DNA of 64,000 bases from the NCBI GenBank assembly GCA_963666975.2, contig CAXVYR010000004.1, positions 1,824,001 to 1,888,000 on the forward strand, in the 5' to 3' direction. The position numbers were made by a program, and so were the translations under genes. This DNA is from Terriglobia bacterium (GTDB lineage Bacteria > Acidobacteriota > Terriglobia > 2-12-FULL-54-10). This document shows, piece after piece, positions 1 to 10,041 of this stretch. The first letter of the stretch is position 1. Each line of letters starts with the position of its first letter. The notes under the pieces are model-generated. The model saw only the letters and a program-made list of their open reading frames with translations, was not told the DNA's origin and did no database searches.

Positions 1-104
1 CGGCAGAACTTCCGCAAATCCCGCTCGTAGGCCTCCACGGTGTTTCCCGCCAGCCCCTTCTCTACACGGAGATAATTCAAAAATCCTGCAATTTGATTTT
101 GCAT
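1..104 (-). CDS. xerD: Site-specific tyrosine recombinase XerD, N-terminus only (runs off the window)
   Basis: Manual translation from ATG 104: MQNQIAGFLNYLRVEKGLAGNTVEAYERDLRKFC, matching the XerD/XerC N-terminal F-L-x-Y-L-x-x-E-K-G-L-x-x-N-T-x-x-A-Y-x-x-D-L pattern. Not in the ORF track. Confidence 0.85.
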   Translation of the reverse strand, partial: MQNQIAGFLNYLRVEKGLAGNTVEAYERDLRKFC

Positions 105-729
105 CTGCCGACCAGGGTGGCCTTAGTTAACCGGCTATTTCCTGTAATCAGTTGTATATAAAAAAGTTAACCTTTTACGCTAGACCCTGACAGGGGAGCT
201 GTTTCCGCCATTCGCCCCTTTCCCTGCAGACTGCAAGGACCCTGTCGAAACCGGCGAAGTCATTAAATCACGAAACCAGTTATAACCACTGAAACTCTTT
301 AATAAACTGATACATAAAGAGTTACTAAAACAGCAACCGCGACCAAAAAGATTGGCCAAGCTGCCAGATAGAGATTGGCTCTGCGGTCTGGAACAAGTTC
401 TGCACCCTTCGGTCTTTTGGTACACAAGGATAAAAAGTGCTTCCTAATCAGAATGTTAGCTACTCAACGCTATGTGCCGACCACACAACTGCATACTAGC
501 ACAGTCGCTGCCTGGTAGTAAACGGCACAGCCCTTCTGGCGATTGGTGATCCAAAAAGCACGCCGTCACGGCTGAAGTTTGTAGGGAATCGGCCTTACTT
601 AAAATCCAGCCTTGATTCAGACAGCGATTAACACAGCGAGCCGGGGGTGCTGTAAAATCCTGGTGAATCATTCGGCTCGAAACTACGGGATTCAGTCTCA
701 GCCGGGAAGGGTTTGTAGATGAAGTTTTC

Positions 730-771
730 AGGATGGAATCCAGGATGGAAACAAGGATGGAGTCAAGGATG
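730..771 (+). repeat. 12-bp tandem repeat (AGGATGGAWNCN) x3.5 at the lpxD start
   Basis: AGGATGGAATCC-AGGATGGAAACA-AGGATGGAGTCA-AGGATG gives in-frame ATGs at 733, 745, 757 and 769. Confidence 0.85.
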
Positions 772-1809
772 AGATTAATAGAAATTGCAGAGAAACTGGA
801 TTGTCTTTTGGAGGGGAAAGGGGAAATTGAAATTAAGGGGGTCGCCAGCCTGGAGCAGGCGAGGCCGGGCGATCTGACCTTCCTTTCCAATCCCAAATAC
901 ACGCCGCTGCTGAAGACGACGCAGGCAAGCGCTGTCCTGGTGAGGAAGGATTTCGGCTCGGTCCCGCTGCCGGCGCTGCGGTGTTCCGATCCCTATCTGC
1001 TGTTTGCCAAGGCGCTCGAATTTTTTTACACCCCGCCGCGCCCCTCTGTGGGAGTGCATTCCACGGCCGTCATAGCGCCTACCGCCCGGATCGGGGCCAA
1101 CGCCTCCATCGGCCCCTATGTGGTTGTGGAGGAGGCGGCCCAGATCGGCGCGAACGCGGTCTTGCAGAGCCACGTGGTGATCTATCGCGGGGCAAAGATC
1201 GGAGACGATTTTTACGCTCACAGCCATGCCGTGGTGCGCGAGTTCTGCCGCATCGGAAACCGTGTGACCCTGCAGAACGGAGCCGTCATCGGCGCCGACG
1301 GCTTCGGCTTCGCCAAGCAGAGCGACGGCAGCCACTACAAAATGGTGCAGTCGGGCGTCGCGGTGGTGGAGGACGACGTCGAGGTGCAGGCCCTCGCCTG
1401 CGTGGATCGCGCCACGGTGGGGGAGACGCGCGTCCGGCGCGGCGCGAAGATCGACAACATGGTCCAGGTGGGCCATGCCTCAACGGTCGGTGAAAATTCG
1501 ATTCTGTGCGCCCAGGCGGGACTGGCCGGCAGCACGCATCTCGGACGGAACGTGCTGCTCGCCGGGCAGGTCGGTGTCGCCGGTCATTTGACCCTGGGCG
1601 ACAACGTGATAGCCACCGCGCAGACGGGCATCCCCAGCGACGTGCCGCCCGACACCATGGTCTCGGGCTACCCGGCGATTGAAAACAAACAATGGCTGCG
1701 ATGCGCTGCCGTCTTCAGCAAGCTGCCGGAGTTGAATAAGACGGTGAGGGCCTTAAAAGAAAGCGTAGCGAAATTGCAAACGAAATTGCAAAAAGGGGAA
1801 GTGGGTTGA
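769..1809 (+). CDS. lpxD: UDP-3-O-(3-hydroxymyristoyl)glucosamine N-acyltransferase
   Basis: Hexapeptide repeats, GADGFGF, DRATVGET and KIDNMVQVGH motifs; start could be 733, 745, 757 or 769. Confidence 0.96.
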   Translation: MRLIEIAEKLDCLLEGKGEIEIKGVASLEQARPGDLTFLSNPKYTPLLKTTQASAVLVRKDFGSVPLPALRCSDPYLLFAKALEFFYTPPRPSVGVHSTAVIAPTARIGANASIGPYVVVEEAAQIGANAVLQSHVVIYRGAKIGDDFYAHSHAVVREFCRIGNRVTLQNGAVIGADGFGFAKQSDGSHYKMVQSGVAVVEDDVEVQALACVDRATVGETRVRRGAKIDNMVQVGHASTVGENSILCAQAGLAGSTHLGRNVLLAGQVGVAGHLTLGDNVIATAQTGIPSDVPPDTMVSGYPAIENKQWLRCAAVFSKLPELNKTVRALKESVAKLQTKLQKGEVG

Positions 1810-1885
1810 TTTCTTCTTTTTAGTTCCGGAGACCAGCGTGAGAACGCTATGTTGATGATTCGTCTTGCTTGGTTCTGCACCTTAG

Positions 1886-2015
1886 CAGCTTGTTGAAAAA
1901 AGGATTTTGAACGACGCTACGAACACGTAAATCGTTGTAACCCATTGATTCTTCGTTCGACGGCATTCCAGAAAAGTGGTTTTCGGGCAGGCGAAAATGA
2001 TTTTTCAACAAGCTG
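1886..2015. mobile_element. 130-bp MITE with perfect 15-bp terminal inverted repeats and TTAG target duplication
   Basis: CAGCTTGTTGAAAAA (1886-1900) / TTTTTCAACAAGCTG (2001-2015), with TTAG at 1882-1885 and 2016-2019. Confidence 0.85.
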
Positions 2016-2084
2016 TTAGGGCACGATCTTGTATGGTATTCGGCATAGGTGCCAGGCACGACAACCCTGTGGTTCAAGTTCCAT

Positions 2085-2643
2085 GGCGTGTTAACACTAT
2101 TGGAGGGCCTCGACGATCAGAGCGAAGTTGAGGAAAGCCAGAAAGACGACGTCGAGTTTATCGAAGCGCGAGAAGATGCGGCGGAAGCCTTTGAGTCTGC
2201 GGAAAAGCCTCTCGATCTCATTGCGCTTGCGGTACATGGCTTTATCGTACTGCCAGGGTTGCAGGCGATTGCTTCTGGGCGGAATCACCGGGATGAAGCC
2301 AAAGTCCAGAGCCAGTTGGAGAGTCTTGTTGTCCTCGTAGGCGCGGTCCATGATGAGATGCAACGGTGCGGGCAACGGCCCGATGCCGCCCAGAAGTTCG
2401 CGGCCTTGGACCAGCGATTCAGACGAGTGTAGATGGTGTGCCAGTTGCCAAAACGCTTCGGCAGTCCGCGCCACTTGCACCCCTGCTCGGTCACGTACAA
2501 CAACGCGTTGAGCACCTGCAGGTTGGAAAGGCTGACATGGCCTCGTTGGCGCGGAAGGCTGGGCTCGATACGAAGATACTGTGCCGCGGTGATTTCCATG
2601 AACCGAAGCATACCACTAAAATCCCAATTAGTGTTAACACGCC
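2085..2643 (-). mobile_element. IS5-family (IS427-like) element, internally deleted, transposase pseudogene
   Basis: Perfect 15-bp IRs GGCGTGTTAACACTA / TAGTGTTAACACGCC. N-terminal GCKWRGLPKRFGNWHTIYTRLNRWSK (ATG 2599) joins out of frame to C-terminal DRAYED...RNEIERLFRRLKGFRRIFSRFDK; only 559 bp long. Confidence 0.9.
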
Positions 2644-2844
2644 CTGGTTAGTCAATAGAAAAAAGCTCCTTCCGCATTCACATCTCCCTTCTTAAGAGCT
2701 GCCGTTGAAACCGCTTCAAAGGAAAAACCTGGCTTCGGCGGCTGGTTTTCAGATAAACTACTTCCTTTTTGCCATGTTGATGGATTGATGGGGTGCCGAT
2801 ATGTTCTGTTTGAATTGCTAATTTGTCGAAGGAAGAGAGGAAGA

Positions 2845-3081
2845 ATGGCGGAAGCTAAAATTACTGTCAGAAACAACGGTCCCCTGCGGATCGAGGGCGA
2901 ATTTACGATCTGCGATCAGGAGGGAAAGGCCTTCGGCCTGGGAGGCCGGACGATGATTTCCTTGTGCCGTTGCGGACTCTCGCAGAACAAGCCCTTCTGC
3001 GACGGGAGTCATAACAAGGCGGGTTTTCAGTCGGAGATAAAAGCCAGGGAACTTCCTCCTCCCGCTCCCAAGCCGGAGTAA
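2845..3081 (+). CDS. CDGSH iron-sulfur domain protein
   Basis: NGPL motif and CRCGLSQNKPFCDGSH [2Fe-2S] motif; purine-rich RBS before ATG 2845. Confidence 0.93.
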   Translation: MAEAKITVRNNGPLRIEGEFTICDQEGKAFGLGGRTMISLCRCGLSQNKPFCDGSHNKAGFQSEIKARELPPPAPKPE

Positions 3082-3094
3082 TTCTCTTTTCTTT

Positions 3095-3127
3095 CAAGTT
3101 GCTGGCAAGTTGCTGGCAAAATGCTGG
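3095..3127. repeat. 11-bp tandem repeat x3
   Basis: CAAGTTGCTGG-CAAGTTGCTGG-CAAAATGCTGG between convergent genes. Confidence 0.75.
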
Positions 3128-3163
3128 TTGGCCTCGATGCCGGATGTGGCAGGCAGGTTGTCA

Positions 3164-3538
3164 TTAGTTAGCTGAAGGACTGTGCCTTTCCTGGCAAGCT
3201 ACGCAGTACCGCGTCCAGGGAACAGCTTCCAGGCGTTTCTGGGCGACAGGCCTCCCGCAATCCATACAAGTCCCGTAACTTCTCCCGCGAAGCCGTACGA
3301 GGGCGTCCTCTATGTCCCGCAGGAGTGTGACGTTTAAGCTGTTCTTCTTCACCCAAACCCACGTTTCATGGCTTCGTTCTGCCAAATCCGCCGAGTCGTG
3401 AAGCTCCTCGTCGACACGCAGCAGAGCGTTACTCTCCGGAGTCATCATTTGAGCCTGCAGTTCCGTTAATTTCTCTTCGAGCACCCGGCGCAGGTATTTC
3501 GTAGTGTTGGATTTAGTTTTCTTGGTGCTGTTGATCAT
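3164..3538 (-). CDS. TraR/DksA family C4 zinc-finger transcription factor
   Basis: DSADLA (DxxDxA) coiled-coil tip and YGTCMDC...RLEAVPWTRYCVACQ. Confidence 0.92.
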   Translation of the reverse strand: MINSTKKTKSNTTKYLRRVLEEKLTELQAQMMTPESNALLRVDEELHDSADLAERSHETWVWVKKNSLNVTLLRDIEDALVRLRGRSYGTCMDCGRPVAQKRLEAVPWTRYCVACQERHSPSAN

Positions 3539-3836
3539 AACGTTTGACGCCTCAGTCCGCGCAGTAAGTTTACTCTGAATAGATTCCGCTGCCCCCAAAA
3601 CGATTCAGGAACCTGATTTGGTACATCATTTGGCTTATCTCGGTCCCTGCTGATTTAGAGGCAAACGGAGCCGGAAGGTTGCCCGTCCACGCAGAAGAAA
3701 AATCAGCAGCATCGGACAGCAGGCCTGTTGCCCGCGAACAAATCGCATCTGTTTTATTTTCAACAGCTTGACCGGAAAGGAAAGAGGCTGTAGAACAGCA
3801 GCGAGCGGCTCGGAATCAGCGCCGCGCGGGTGTCGC

Positions 3837-6320
3837 TTAGCGGGGCCTGGCCAGGACGATGTTGACCAGTTTATTGGGTACCACGATGGTTTTCAGCACC
3901 TCTTGGCCGTTGGTGATGTGGGCGATGCGAGGGTCCGCCAGAGCCAGGTCCTTCAGCTCGTCCTGGCTCAAACCTTCCTGCGCCCGAATCTTGCTGCGAA
4001 GGCGGCCATTGACTTGAACGATCACCTCCAACTCCTCTTCCTTGGCAAGAACCGGATCAAAAGAAGGCCACTCGACGGTGAGCAAATCTTCCGTGTGTCC
4101 CAACTCCTGCCAGAGTTCCTGGGCCAGATACGGAGCAAACGGCGACAGCAACTTGGCCAGCGTCTCCAAAGTCCCCCGCAGGATGGCGGGGGTAATTTTA
4201 CCCTCCAGGTTATACAAGAGGTTGACCAGCTCCATGGAGGCGGCGATGTCTGTATTGAAGTGCCAGCGGCCTTCGAAATCGGCCGTGACGCGCCGGATGG
4301 TCTGATGCAGCTTGCGCAGCAGGTTGCGGTCTTCGCCGGAAACATCGGCGGCAGCGGGTCTGGCGGATGGGACATTTCTTAACTCGCCCGCGTGCCGGTC
4401 CACTAAACGGTAAACGCGGGAAAGAAAACGGTAGATTCCCTCCACTCCCGCTTCGTTCCACTCCAAATCTTTTTCCGGGGGCGCGGCAAACAGGGAATAC
4501 AGGCGGGTGGTGTCGGAGCCGTAGCGTTCCACCATCTCATCCGGGTCCACCAGGTTCCCCTTGGATTTGGACATCTTGGCCCCGTCCTTGATGACCATGC
4601 CCTGAGTGAACAGCCTCGCGGCGGGCTCATCAATCTGTGTAAGACCCAAATCCCGCAACACCTTGGCAAAGAAGCGCGCGTAGATCAAATGCAGAATCGC
4701 GTGCTCCACCCCGCCGATGTACTGATCGATGGGAAACCAGTAATTGACCGCGGACGGTTCCACGGGCAACTCCGGATAGTCGGGATTGGTGTAGCGATAA
4801 AAATACCAGGAGGAGTCGACGAAGGTATCCATCGTGTCGGTCTCCCGCTCTGCCGGACCCTGGCAGCGGGGGCAGGTGGCGCGCAGGAAACCGGGGGCGT
4901 CCTTGAGCGGCGAGTGGCCGAGACCGGTGATCTCTACGTCTTCCGGCAGCAATACAGGCAACTCTTCATAGGGCACCGGAACGATTCCACACTTGGCGCA
5001 ATACAGCACGGGGATGGGAGTGCCCCAATAGCGTTGCCGCGAGACGCCCCAATCCTTGATCCGGTAGGTGGTCTCCACTCGTCCGAATTTCTTTTTGGCT
5101 GCGTGCCCGGCCATCTTCCGGATGGCCTCCTCGGAGGCCAGGCCGGTGAAAGGCCCGGAGTTCACCAGCACCCCGTAGTCGGTGAAAGCGGCATCCAATC
5201 TTTGCGCGCCGTGCGTGCTCACGGCGGGCCCCACAACGACCCGCACCGGCAAGCGGTATTTCGCGGCGAACTCAAAGTCGCGCTGGTCGTGGGCGGGCAC
5301 CGACATCACGGCGCCCGTGCCATACTCCATTAGAACAAAGTTGGCCACCCAGATCGGGACTTGCTCCCCGTTGAAAGGGTTGACGGCGAAGCGCCCTGTA
5401 AAGACGCCTTCTTTTTCCGTCTCCCCGGCGGCGGCGCCGGGCGGGCGGGCCTGGAGCCTGCCGATATTGCTCAAAATATTGGCGCTCCCTGCCACGCTCT
5501 CGAGCAGCTTGTTCACCAAAGGATGAGCGACCGCCACCAGCACGGCGGTGGCTCCGTAAATGGTGTCCAGCCGCGTGGTGAAAACGGAGATCGATTCCTT
5601 CAATCCGGCAACGGCAAACTGCACCTGGGCCCCGATCGACTTGCCGATCCAGTTGCGCTGCATGGTCAGCACGCGCTCGGGCCAGTTGGTGAGCTTCTCC
5701 ATGTCCTGGAGAAGCTGGTCGGCGTATTCAGTAATGCGGAAGAACCACTGCTCCAGCTCTTTCTGCTCGACGGGCGTCCCCTCGTGCCGCCAGCAGCACC
5801 CCTCCACGACTTGCTCGTTGGCCAGCACGGTCTGGCAGGCAGGACACCAGTTCACGCGGCTGTTTTTCCTGTAGGCCAGTCCCCGATCCAGCATCTTGAG
5901 GAAGAGCCACTGGTTCCACCGGTAATACTCGGGCTGGCAGGTGGACAACTCCTTGGACCAATCGTAGCTGAACCCAAACCGCTCGAACTGGCGCTTCATG
6001 GATGCAATGTTGTCGGAAGTCCATCGCCGGGGATGAATGCGATTTTTGATGGCCGCGTTTTCCGCCGGCAGCCCAAAGGAGTCCCAGCCCATGGGGTGCA
6101 GCACGTTGAAGCCGCGCATTCGCTTGTAGCGCGCCAGCGCATCACCAATGGAATAATTGCGCACATGTCCCATGTGCAGGGCGCCCGAAGGATAGGGAAG
6201 CATCTCCAGCACGTAGTATTTGGGGCGGGCAGTGTCCGCGGTGGCCACGCAGGCGGCTCGGTTCTTCCACTCCTCCTGCCACTTTTTTTCTATCGCTTGG
6301 AAATCGTAGCCGCTGGTCAC
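3837..6320 (-). CDS. leuS: Leucyl-tRNA synthetase
   Basis: YPSGALHMGH (HIGH), KMSKSKGN, editing-domain GTGAVMSVPAHDQRD, C-terminal VQVNGRLR; 827 aa. Confidence 0.99.
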   Translation of the reverse strand: MTSGYDFQAIEKKWQEEWKNRAACVATADTARPKYYVLEMLPYPSGALHMGHVRNYSIGDALARYKRMRGFNVLHPMGWDSFGLPAENAAIKNRIHPRRWTSDNIASMKRQFERFGFSYDWSKELSTCQPEYYRWNQWLFLKMLDRGLAYRKNSRVNWCPACQTVLANEQVVEGCCWRHEGTPVEQKELEQWFFRITEYADQLLQDMEKLTNWPERVLTMQRNWIGKSIGAQVQFAVAGLKESISVFTTRLDTIYGATAVLVAVAHPLVNKLLESVAGSANILSNIGRLQARPPGAAAGETEKEGVFTGRFAVNPFNGEQVPIWVANFVLMEYGTGAVMSVPAHDQRDFEFAAKYRLPVRVVVGPAVSTHGAQRLDAAFTDYGVLVNSGPFTGLASEEAIRKMAGHAAKKKFGRVETTYRIKDWGVSRQRYWGTPIPVLYCAKCGIVPVPYEELPVLLPEDVEITGLGHSPLKDAPGFLRATCPRCQGPAERETDTMDTFVDSSWYFYRYTNPDYPELPVEPSAVNYWFPIDQYIGGVEHAILHLIYARFFAKVLRDLGLTQIDEPAARLFTQGMVIKDGAKMSKSKGNLVDPDEMVERYGSDTTRLYSLFAAPPEKDLEWNEAGVEGIYRFLSRVYRLVDRHAGELRNVPSARPAAADVSGEDRNLLRKLHQTIRRVTADFEGRWHFNTDIAASMELVNLLYNLEGKITPAILRGTLETLAKLLSPFAPYLAQELWQELGHTEDLLTVEWPSFDPVLAKEEELEVIVQVNGRLRSKIRAQEGLSQDELKDLALADPRIAHITNGQEVLKTIVVPNKLVNIVLARPR

Positions 6321-7303
6321 CGCTTCACCTTTCTGCCGGGAGTCCCGGCCCGTCCTCGCCGGGCCTGAGCCGGAGCGGAACGTTCCGGGAATGCCTGTTG
6401 CGCTCCGCTGCTTCCGTTGCAGGGGCGGAGGGAGCGAATCACCTCCAGGTTACGCGCGTCGTCGCCGGGAGCTTCGAGCGGCGTTTCCAAAATGAATGCC
6501 TTTTCCCGCAAAGCCGGATGATTCACGATCCGGCGGAAACCGTCCAGGCCAATGCCGCCCCGGCCGATGTGCTCATGCCGGTCATGGCGCGAACCGAGCG
6601 GCGTGCGGGAATCGTTCGTGTGGACCACCTTGACCCGGTCGAGTCCCACGGTCTGCTCCAAGGAACCGACCATACTCGCCAGGCCTTCTGGCGAGGAGAG
6701 GTCCATGCCGGCCTGAAAACAATGCGCCGTGTCCAGACAGCAGCCGACCGGGAGGCCGTCGAGCAGCGCCAGCATATCCTGCAACTGGGAAAAGGACCCT
6801 CCCAAAGTGCTCCCCTGCCCGCATGTGTTTTCCAGCAGAATGGAGAGCGCGCCCAGCCGCTCGCCCTGCACCGCTTCCCGCAGGGAGGCCGTCATGTGCC
6901 GCATTCCCTCTTCCGCCGAAGCGTTCCGGGAGCTGCCGGGATGAAAGATCAGATACTCGGCGCCGATGGCCGCCGCCCGTCGGATTTCACCGCGAAAGGC
7001 CTCCAGGGACCGTTTGCGCAGGGCCTGGTCCGGGGATGCCATGTTGATCAGGTAGTTGGCGTGCACCGCCAGGGGGAAGAGATGATAGCGCTGCCGCAGG
7101 TCTCCGAGCGCGGCAATCTCCCGGGCTGTGGGCTCGCGGGCCTTCCACATTCGGGGACTGGAGGAAAAAATTTGAAAGGTGTTGCAACCCAGCAGGTGAG
7201 CTTTTTCGGCAGCCTGTTCCAGCGAACCGGCGATGGAGGTGTGGATGCCCGCACGCCACCCAGAAAACCCGTCCGACTCGTTTTCGTTCTTCACCTCATC
7301 CAA
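6317..7303 (-). CDS. nfo: Endonuclease IV (deoxyribonuclease IV)
   Basis: GIHTSIAG, HANYLIN, HPGS, LENTCGQG, CLDTAH, HTNDS and DRHEHIG zinc-ligand motifs; overlaps the leuS start. Confidence 0.95.
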   Translation of the reverse strand: MDEVKNENESDGFSGWRAGIHTSIAGSLEQAAEKAHLLGCNTFQIFSSSPRMWKAREPTAREIAALGDLRQRYHLFPLAVHANYLINMASPDQALRKRSLEAFRGEIRRAAAIGAEYLIFHPGSSRNASAEEGMRHMTASLREAVQGERLGALSILLENTCGQGSTLGGSFSQLQDMLALLDGLPVGCCLDTAHCFQAGMDLSSPEGLASMVGSLEQTVGLDRVKVVHTNDSRTPLGSRHDRHEHIGRGGIGLDGFRRIVNHPALREKAFILETPLEAPGDDARNLEVIRSLRPCNGSSGAQQAFPERSAPAQARRGRAGTPGRKVKR

Positions 7304-7642
7304 AGGAGTCCATCCCGAAGATTAAGTTCCGTTGCCGAACTATATTAACAAAGTGGTTCCGCAGCGGTCAACCGCTCGGTTGGCGCTCCGTGGGCGGCTG
7401 GAGCGCATGGAAGCGCCGCCGAGCGCGCAGCGGCAGCCTGCCGTTACTATATCTGGGTCCTGCATCGCCAAAATTCAAAGATGCCGCATCAAAGCTTTTG
7501 AACGGTTTTATTTCGATGTATCGTTGAAGCACTGGGAGGCACTGGGAGGCGCTGGCCATCAGGAACAATTCTGGAACAATGCCAGTTCTAATGATAGTTC
7601 TGTGGTGGCGCGCGCTGCCAGCACGTCGCCGAAGGAGGGCAC

Positions 7643-8437
7643 ATGCGGAGGGTGGTCCGAATCACAACGCTTTGGATTCTCTGTGGCGTCCTGGCGACTT
7701 CCGGGGTGGCGAAAGATCCCGGTGACTCCAAAAATATTTTGCTGTCTGTCGGAGACATCGCCATGGGGCAGATTGCCGACGGAGAAGGGTGGAGCACGAC
7801 CCTCACGTTCGTCAATCTCCAAGTTTTTTCGAGAACTTTCGATGTGATTTTTACCGGCGATGCCGGAACCCCGCTGGCGCTAAATTTCAAGAACATCGGC
7901 GCAACCTCCACGCTCAGCTTTTCCATCCCGGCTGGGGGAACACAGCAGGTGGAAACGACCGGAACAAGTTTTCCCGTGGTGCAAGGATGGGCTGCGATCA
8001 TTGCGATCGACGGCGATTCTACACCGATTGGAGGAATGGCTATTTTGCGCTCCTCCAGGTCCGGGCTTCCCGATTTTGAATCCGTCGTGCCGTTCAGCAA
8101 CGTTCTGGACACACATCAGGTCCTCTCCTTGGACCACCGCAATGGGTTGCTCACGGGGATAGCCTTGGCAAACCCGTCTTTTGCCTCCCCGATGACTATC
8201 TCTATAAATTTTTTCGACATCAACGGAGTATTCATCTCATCGGGCTCCATCACCCTGCAAGGGGGCCAGCACACGGCCTTTCTGCTGGATTCTCGCTTTC
8301 CCGAACTGGCTGACCGAGCCGGCATAGCGGAGTTCACCGGCGTCGATGCAGCACAAAGTGTCGGCCCGGTGATCCTGGGCTTGCGCTTTAATCCTTCCGG
8401 CCCTTTCACAACGCTTTTTCCGATGACCTTGCCCTGA
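7643..8437 (+). CDS. Secreted beta-rich hypothetical protein
   Basis: AAGGAGG RBS, signal peptide, motifs QIADGEGWSTTLTFVN, TGIALANP and GLRFNPSGPFTTL. Confidence 0.75.
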   Translation: MRRVVRITTLWILCGVLATSGVAKDPGDSKNILLSVGDIAMGQIADGEGWSTTLTFVNLQVFSRTFDVIFTGDAGTPLALNFKNIGATSTLSFSIPAGGTQQVETTGTSFPVVQGWAAIIAIDGDSTPIGGMAILRSSRSGLPDFESVVPFSNVLDTHQVLSLDHRNGLLTGIALANPSFASPMTISINFFDINGVFISSGSITLQGGQHTAFLLDSRFPELADRAGIAEFTGVDAAQSVGPVILGLRFNPSGPFTTLFPMTLP

Positions 8438-8482
8438 ACGGACAGGCATGAGTTGGGAAGCGGGCCCATCCGCCAAAGTGAG

Positions 8483-8543
8483 TTGACAGAAAAAAGGGGA
8501 TCGCCTACGCTGATAAGGAACACTTAGAACGAACGTTCGATAA
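8483..8543 (+). promoter_or_regulatory. Sigma70-like promoter plus palindromic TetR operator
   Basis: TTGACA (8483)-17 bp-TACGCT (8506), then GAACG-AA-CGTTC palindrome at 8527-8538 just before the tetR start. Confidence 0.65.
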
Positions 8544-8551
8544 ACATCCTC

Positions 8552-9244
8552 ATGGCACCCTCGACGCTGGCCCAGTCTCAATCCGCTCCTTCCCCGCCCA
8601 ATAAATATGACCGGCGGCTGGGAGAGATTCTCCATCATGCCAGCGCCGTCTTCTGCGACAAGGGTTTCGCGGCGGCCTCGATCCGCGATATCTCGCGGGT
8701 GAGCGGAACCAGCCTGGCAGGGCTGTACTATTATTTCAAAAGCAAAGACCACCTCCTTTTCCTAATACAGCAGGAAGCATTCCTGACCCTGATCCGCACG
8801 CTGGAGGAAAAACTCGCCGGGGTTTCTGACCCGGAGCAGGCGATCCGGATGTTTGTGGAGAATCATCTGGAACATTTCGTGGGCGACCCGAAGCGGGCGA
8901 AAGTTCTCTCGCATGAGTCCGACACCCTCAAGGGGCCGTATCAGTCCGAGATCGCCGCGCTGAAGAAAAAGTATTACCGCCAATGTCTGACGATCCTGGA
9001 GCAATTCCAGGCGGCCCGGCAACTGCGAGGCATCAACACCAGGCTGGCCATTCTGAGCTTGTTCGGGATGATGAACTGGATCTACACCTGGTACAACCCT
9101 CGTGTGGACGGCGACTGGAAAGAGGTCGCGGGCCAGATGTCCTCCACATTCCTGCGAGGAGTGCTGGGAGCCGACGGCAATTCCAAGCCTGCTCCGCAGC
9201 GGAAGCAGGGCGGGTCGCAGGGGGGCAGGCGCTCTTTTTCATAG
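8552..9244 (+). CDS. TetR/AcrR regulator, KstR2/PaaR-like
   Basis: HTH GFAAASIRDISRVSGTSLAGLYYYFKSKDHLL; C-terminal LFGMMNWIYTWY. Confidence 0.93.
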   Translation: MAPSTLAQSQSAPSPPNKYDRRLGEILHHASAVFCDKGFAAASIRDISRVSGTSLAGLYYYFKSKDHLLFLIQQEAFLTLIRTLEEKLAGVSDPEQAIRMFVENHLEHFVGDPKRAKVLSHESDTLKGPYQSEIAALKKKYYRQCLTILEQFQAARQLRGINTRLAILSLFGMMNWIYTWYNPRVDGDWKEVAGQMSSTFLRGVLGADGNSKPAPQRKQGGSQGGRRSFS

Positions 9245-9250
9245 GTCCTT

Positions 9251-10000
9251 ATGGAACCCTACACGCTATCGGAATTAATGGTGGTGGCCGCAGCGCGGGA
9301 GATCCACGATGGGGACATCGTTTTTGTCGGCATGCGGCTGCCGTTGCTGGCCTATGTGGTGGCCAAAAGCAGCCACGCCCCCCGCGCCGTGGGTGTCTTT
9401 GAAAACGGAGTGTTGCGCAGCACTCCCGCGCGGGAGCTGTTGTTTACCATGTCGGACTGCCCCAACATCACCGGCGCTCTGTCCTGCTTCAGCATGCTGG
9501 AGTGCATGGCTTTGCTGCAGCAAGGCCGCGTGAGCCTGGGATTCCTGGGGGCGGCGGAGGTGGACCGGCACGGGAACTTGAACTCCACCGAGGTCGGCAA
9601 CCACAAGGGGAGCATCGTGCGCCTGCCGGGAAGCGGCGGAGCTTCCGACATTGCCGCGCTCTCGCGTCGCTATGTCGCCCTGCTCAACCATGACAAAGCG
9701 CGCCTGCCGGAGAAGGTCCATTACATCACCAGCCCCGGTTACGGTCCCTGGCGGCAGAGCGGCAGACTCAAGCAAGGAGGCCCCGAGGCCGTCATCACCA
9801 CCAAAGCCGTGCTGCGCTTTTCGCCCGAAGGAGAAGCCTACCTCGACTCCTGCCATCCGGGGGGCACGGTAGAAGACGTTTTGGCCCATACCGGCTGGCC
9901 GCTGGCTGTTGCGCCGCGGGTGAAAAAAACGCCGGTGCCCAGCAAGCGGGAGATGCGAGTGATCCGCTCCTACGACCCGGAGCATTTTTGGACGAAATAG
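9251..10000 (+). CDS. Family I CoA-transferase beta subunit (GctB-like)
   Basis: VFVGMRLP, FENG (catalytic Glu position), GAAEVDRHGNLNST and RLPGSGGASD. Confidence 0.9.
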   Translation: MEPYTLSELMVVAAAREIHDGDIVFVGMRLPLLAYVVAKSSHAPRAVGVFENGVLRSTPARELLFTMSDCPNITGALSCFSMLECMALLQQGRVSLGFLGAAEVDRHGNLNSTEVGNHKGSIVRLPGSGGASDIAALSRRYVALLNHDKARLPEKVHYITSPGYGPWRQSGRLKQGGPEAVITTKAVLRFSPEGEAYLDSCHPGGTVEDVLAHTGWPLAVAPRVKKTPVPSKREMRVIRSYDPEHFWTK

Positions 10001-10041
10001 TCTCATATCCGAGCCGCGACCGTCAGGGAGCGGGTTCACTC

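Noticed and set aside
3645-3712. GGCAAAC...ACGCAGAAG resembling a c-di-GMP-I riboswitch
   Set aside because: Wrong strand for the flanking genes and lacks a convincing GNRA/receptor and P2 architecture.
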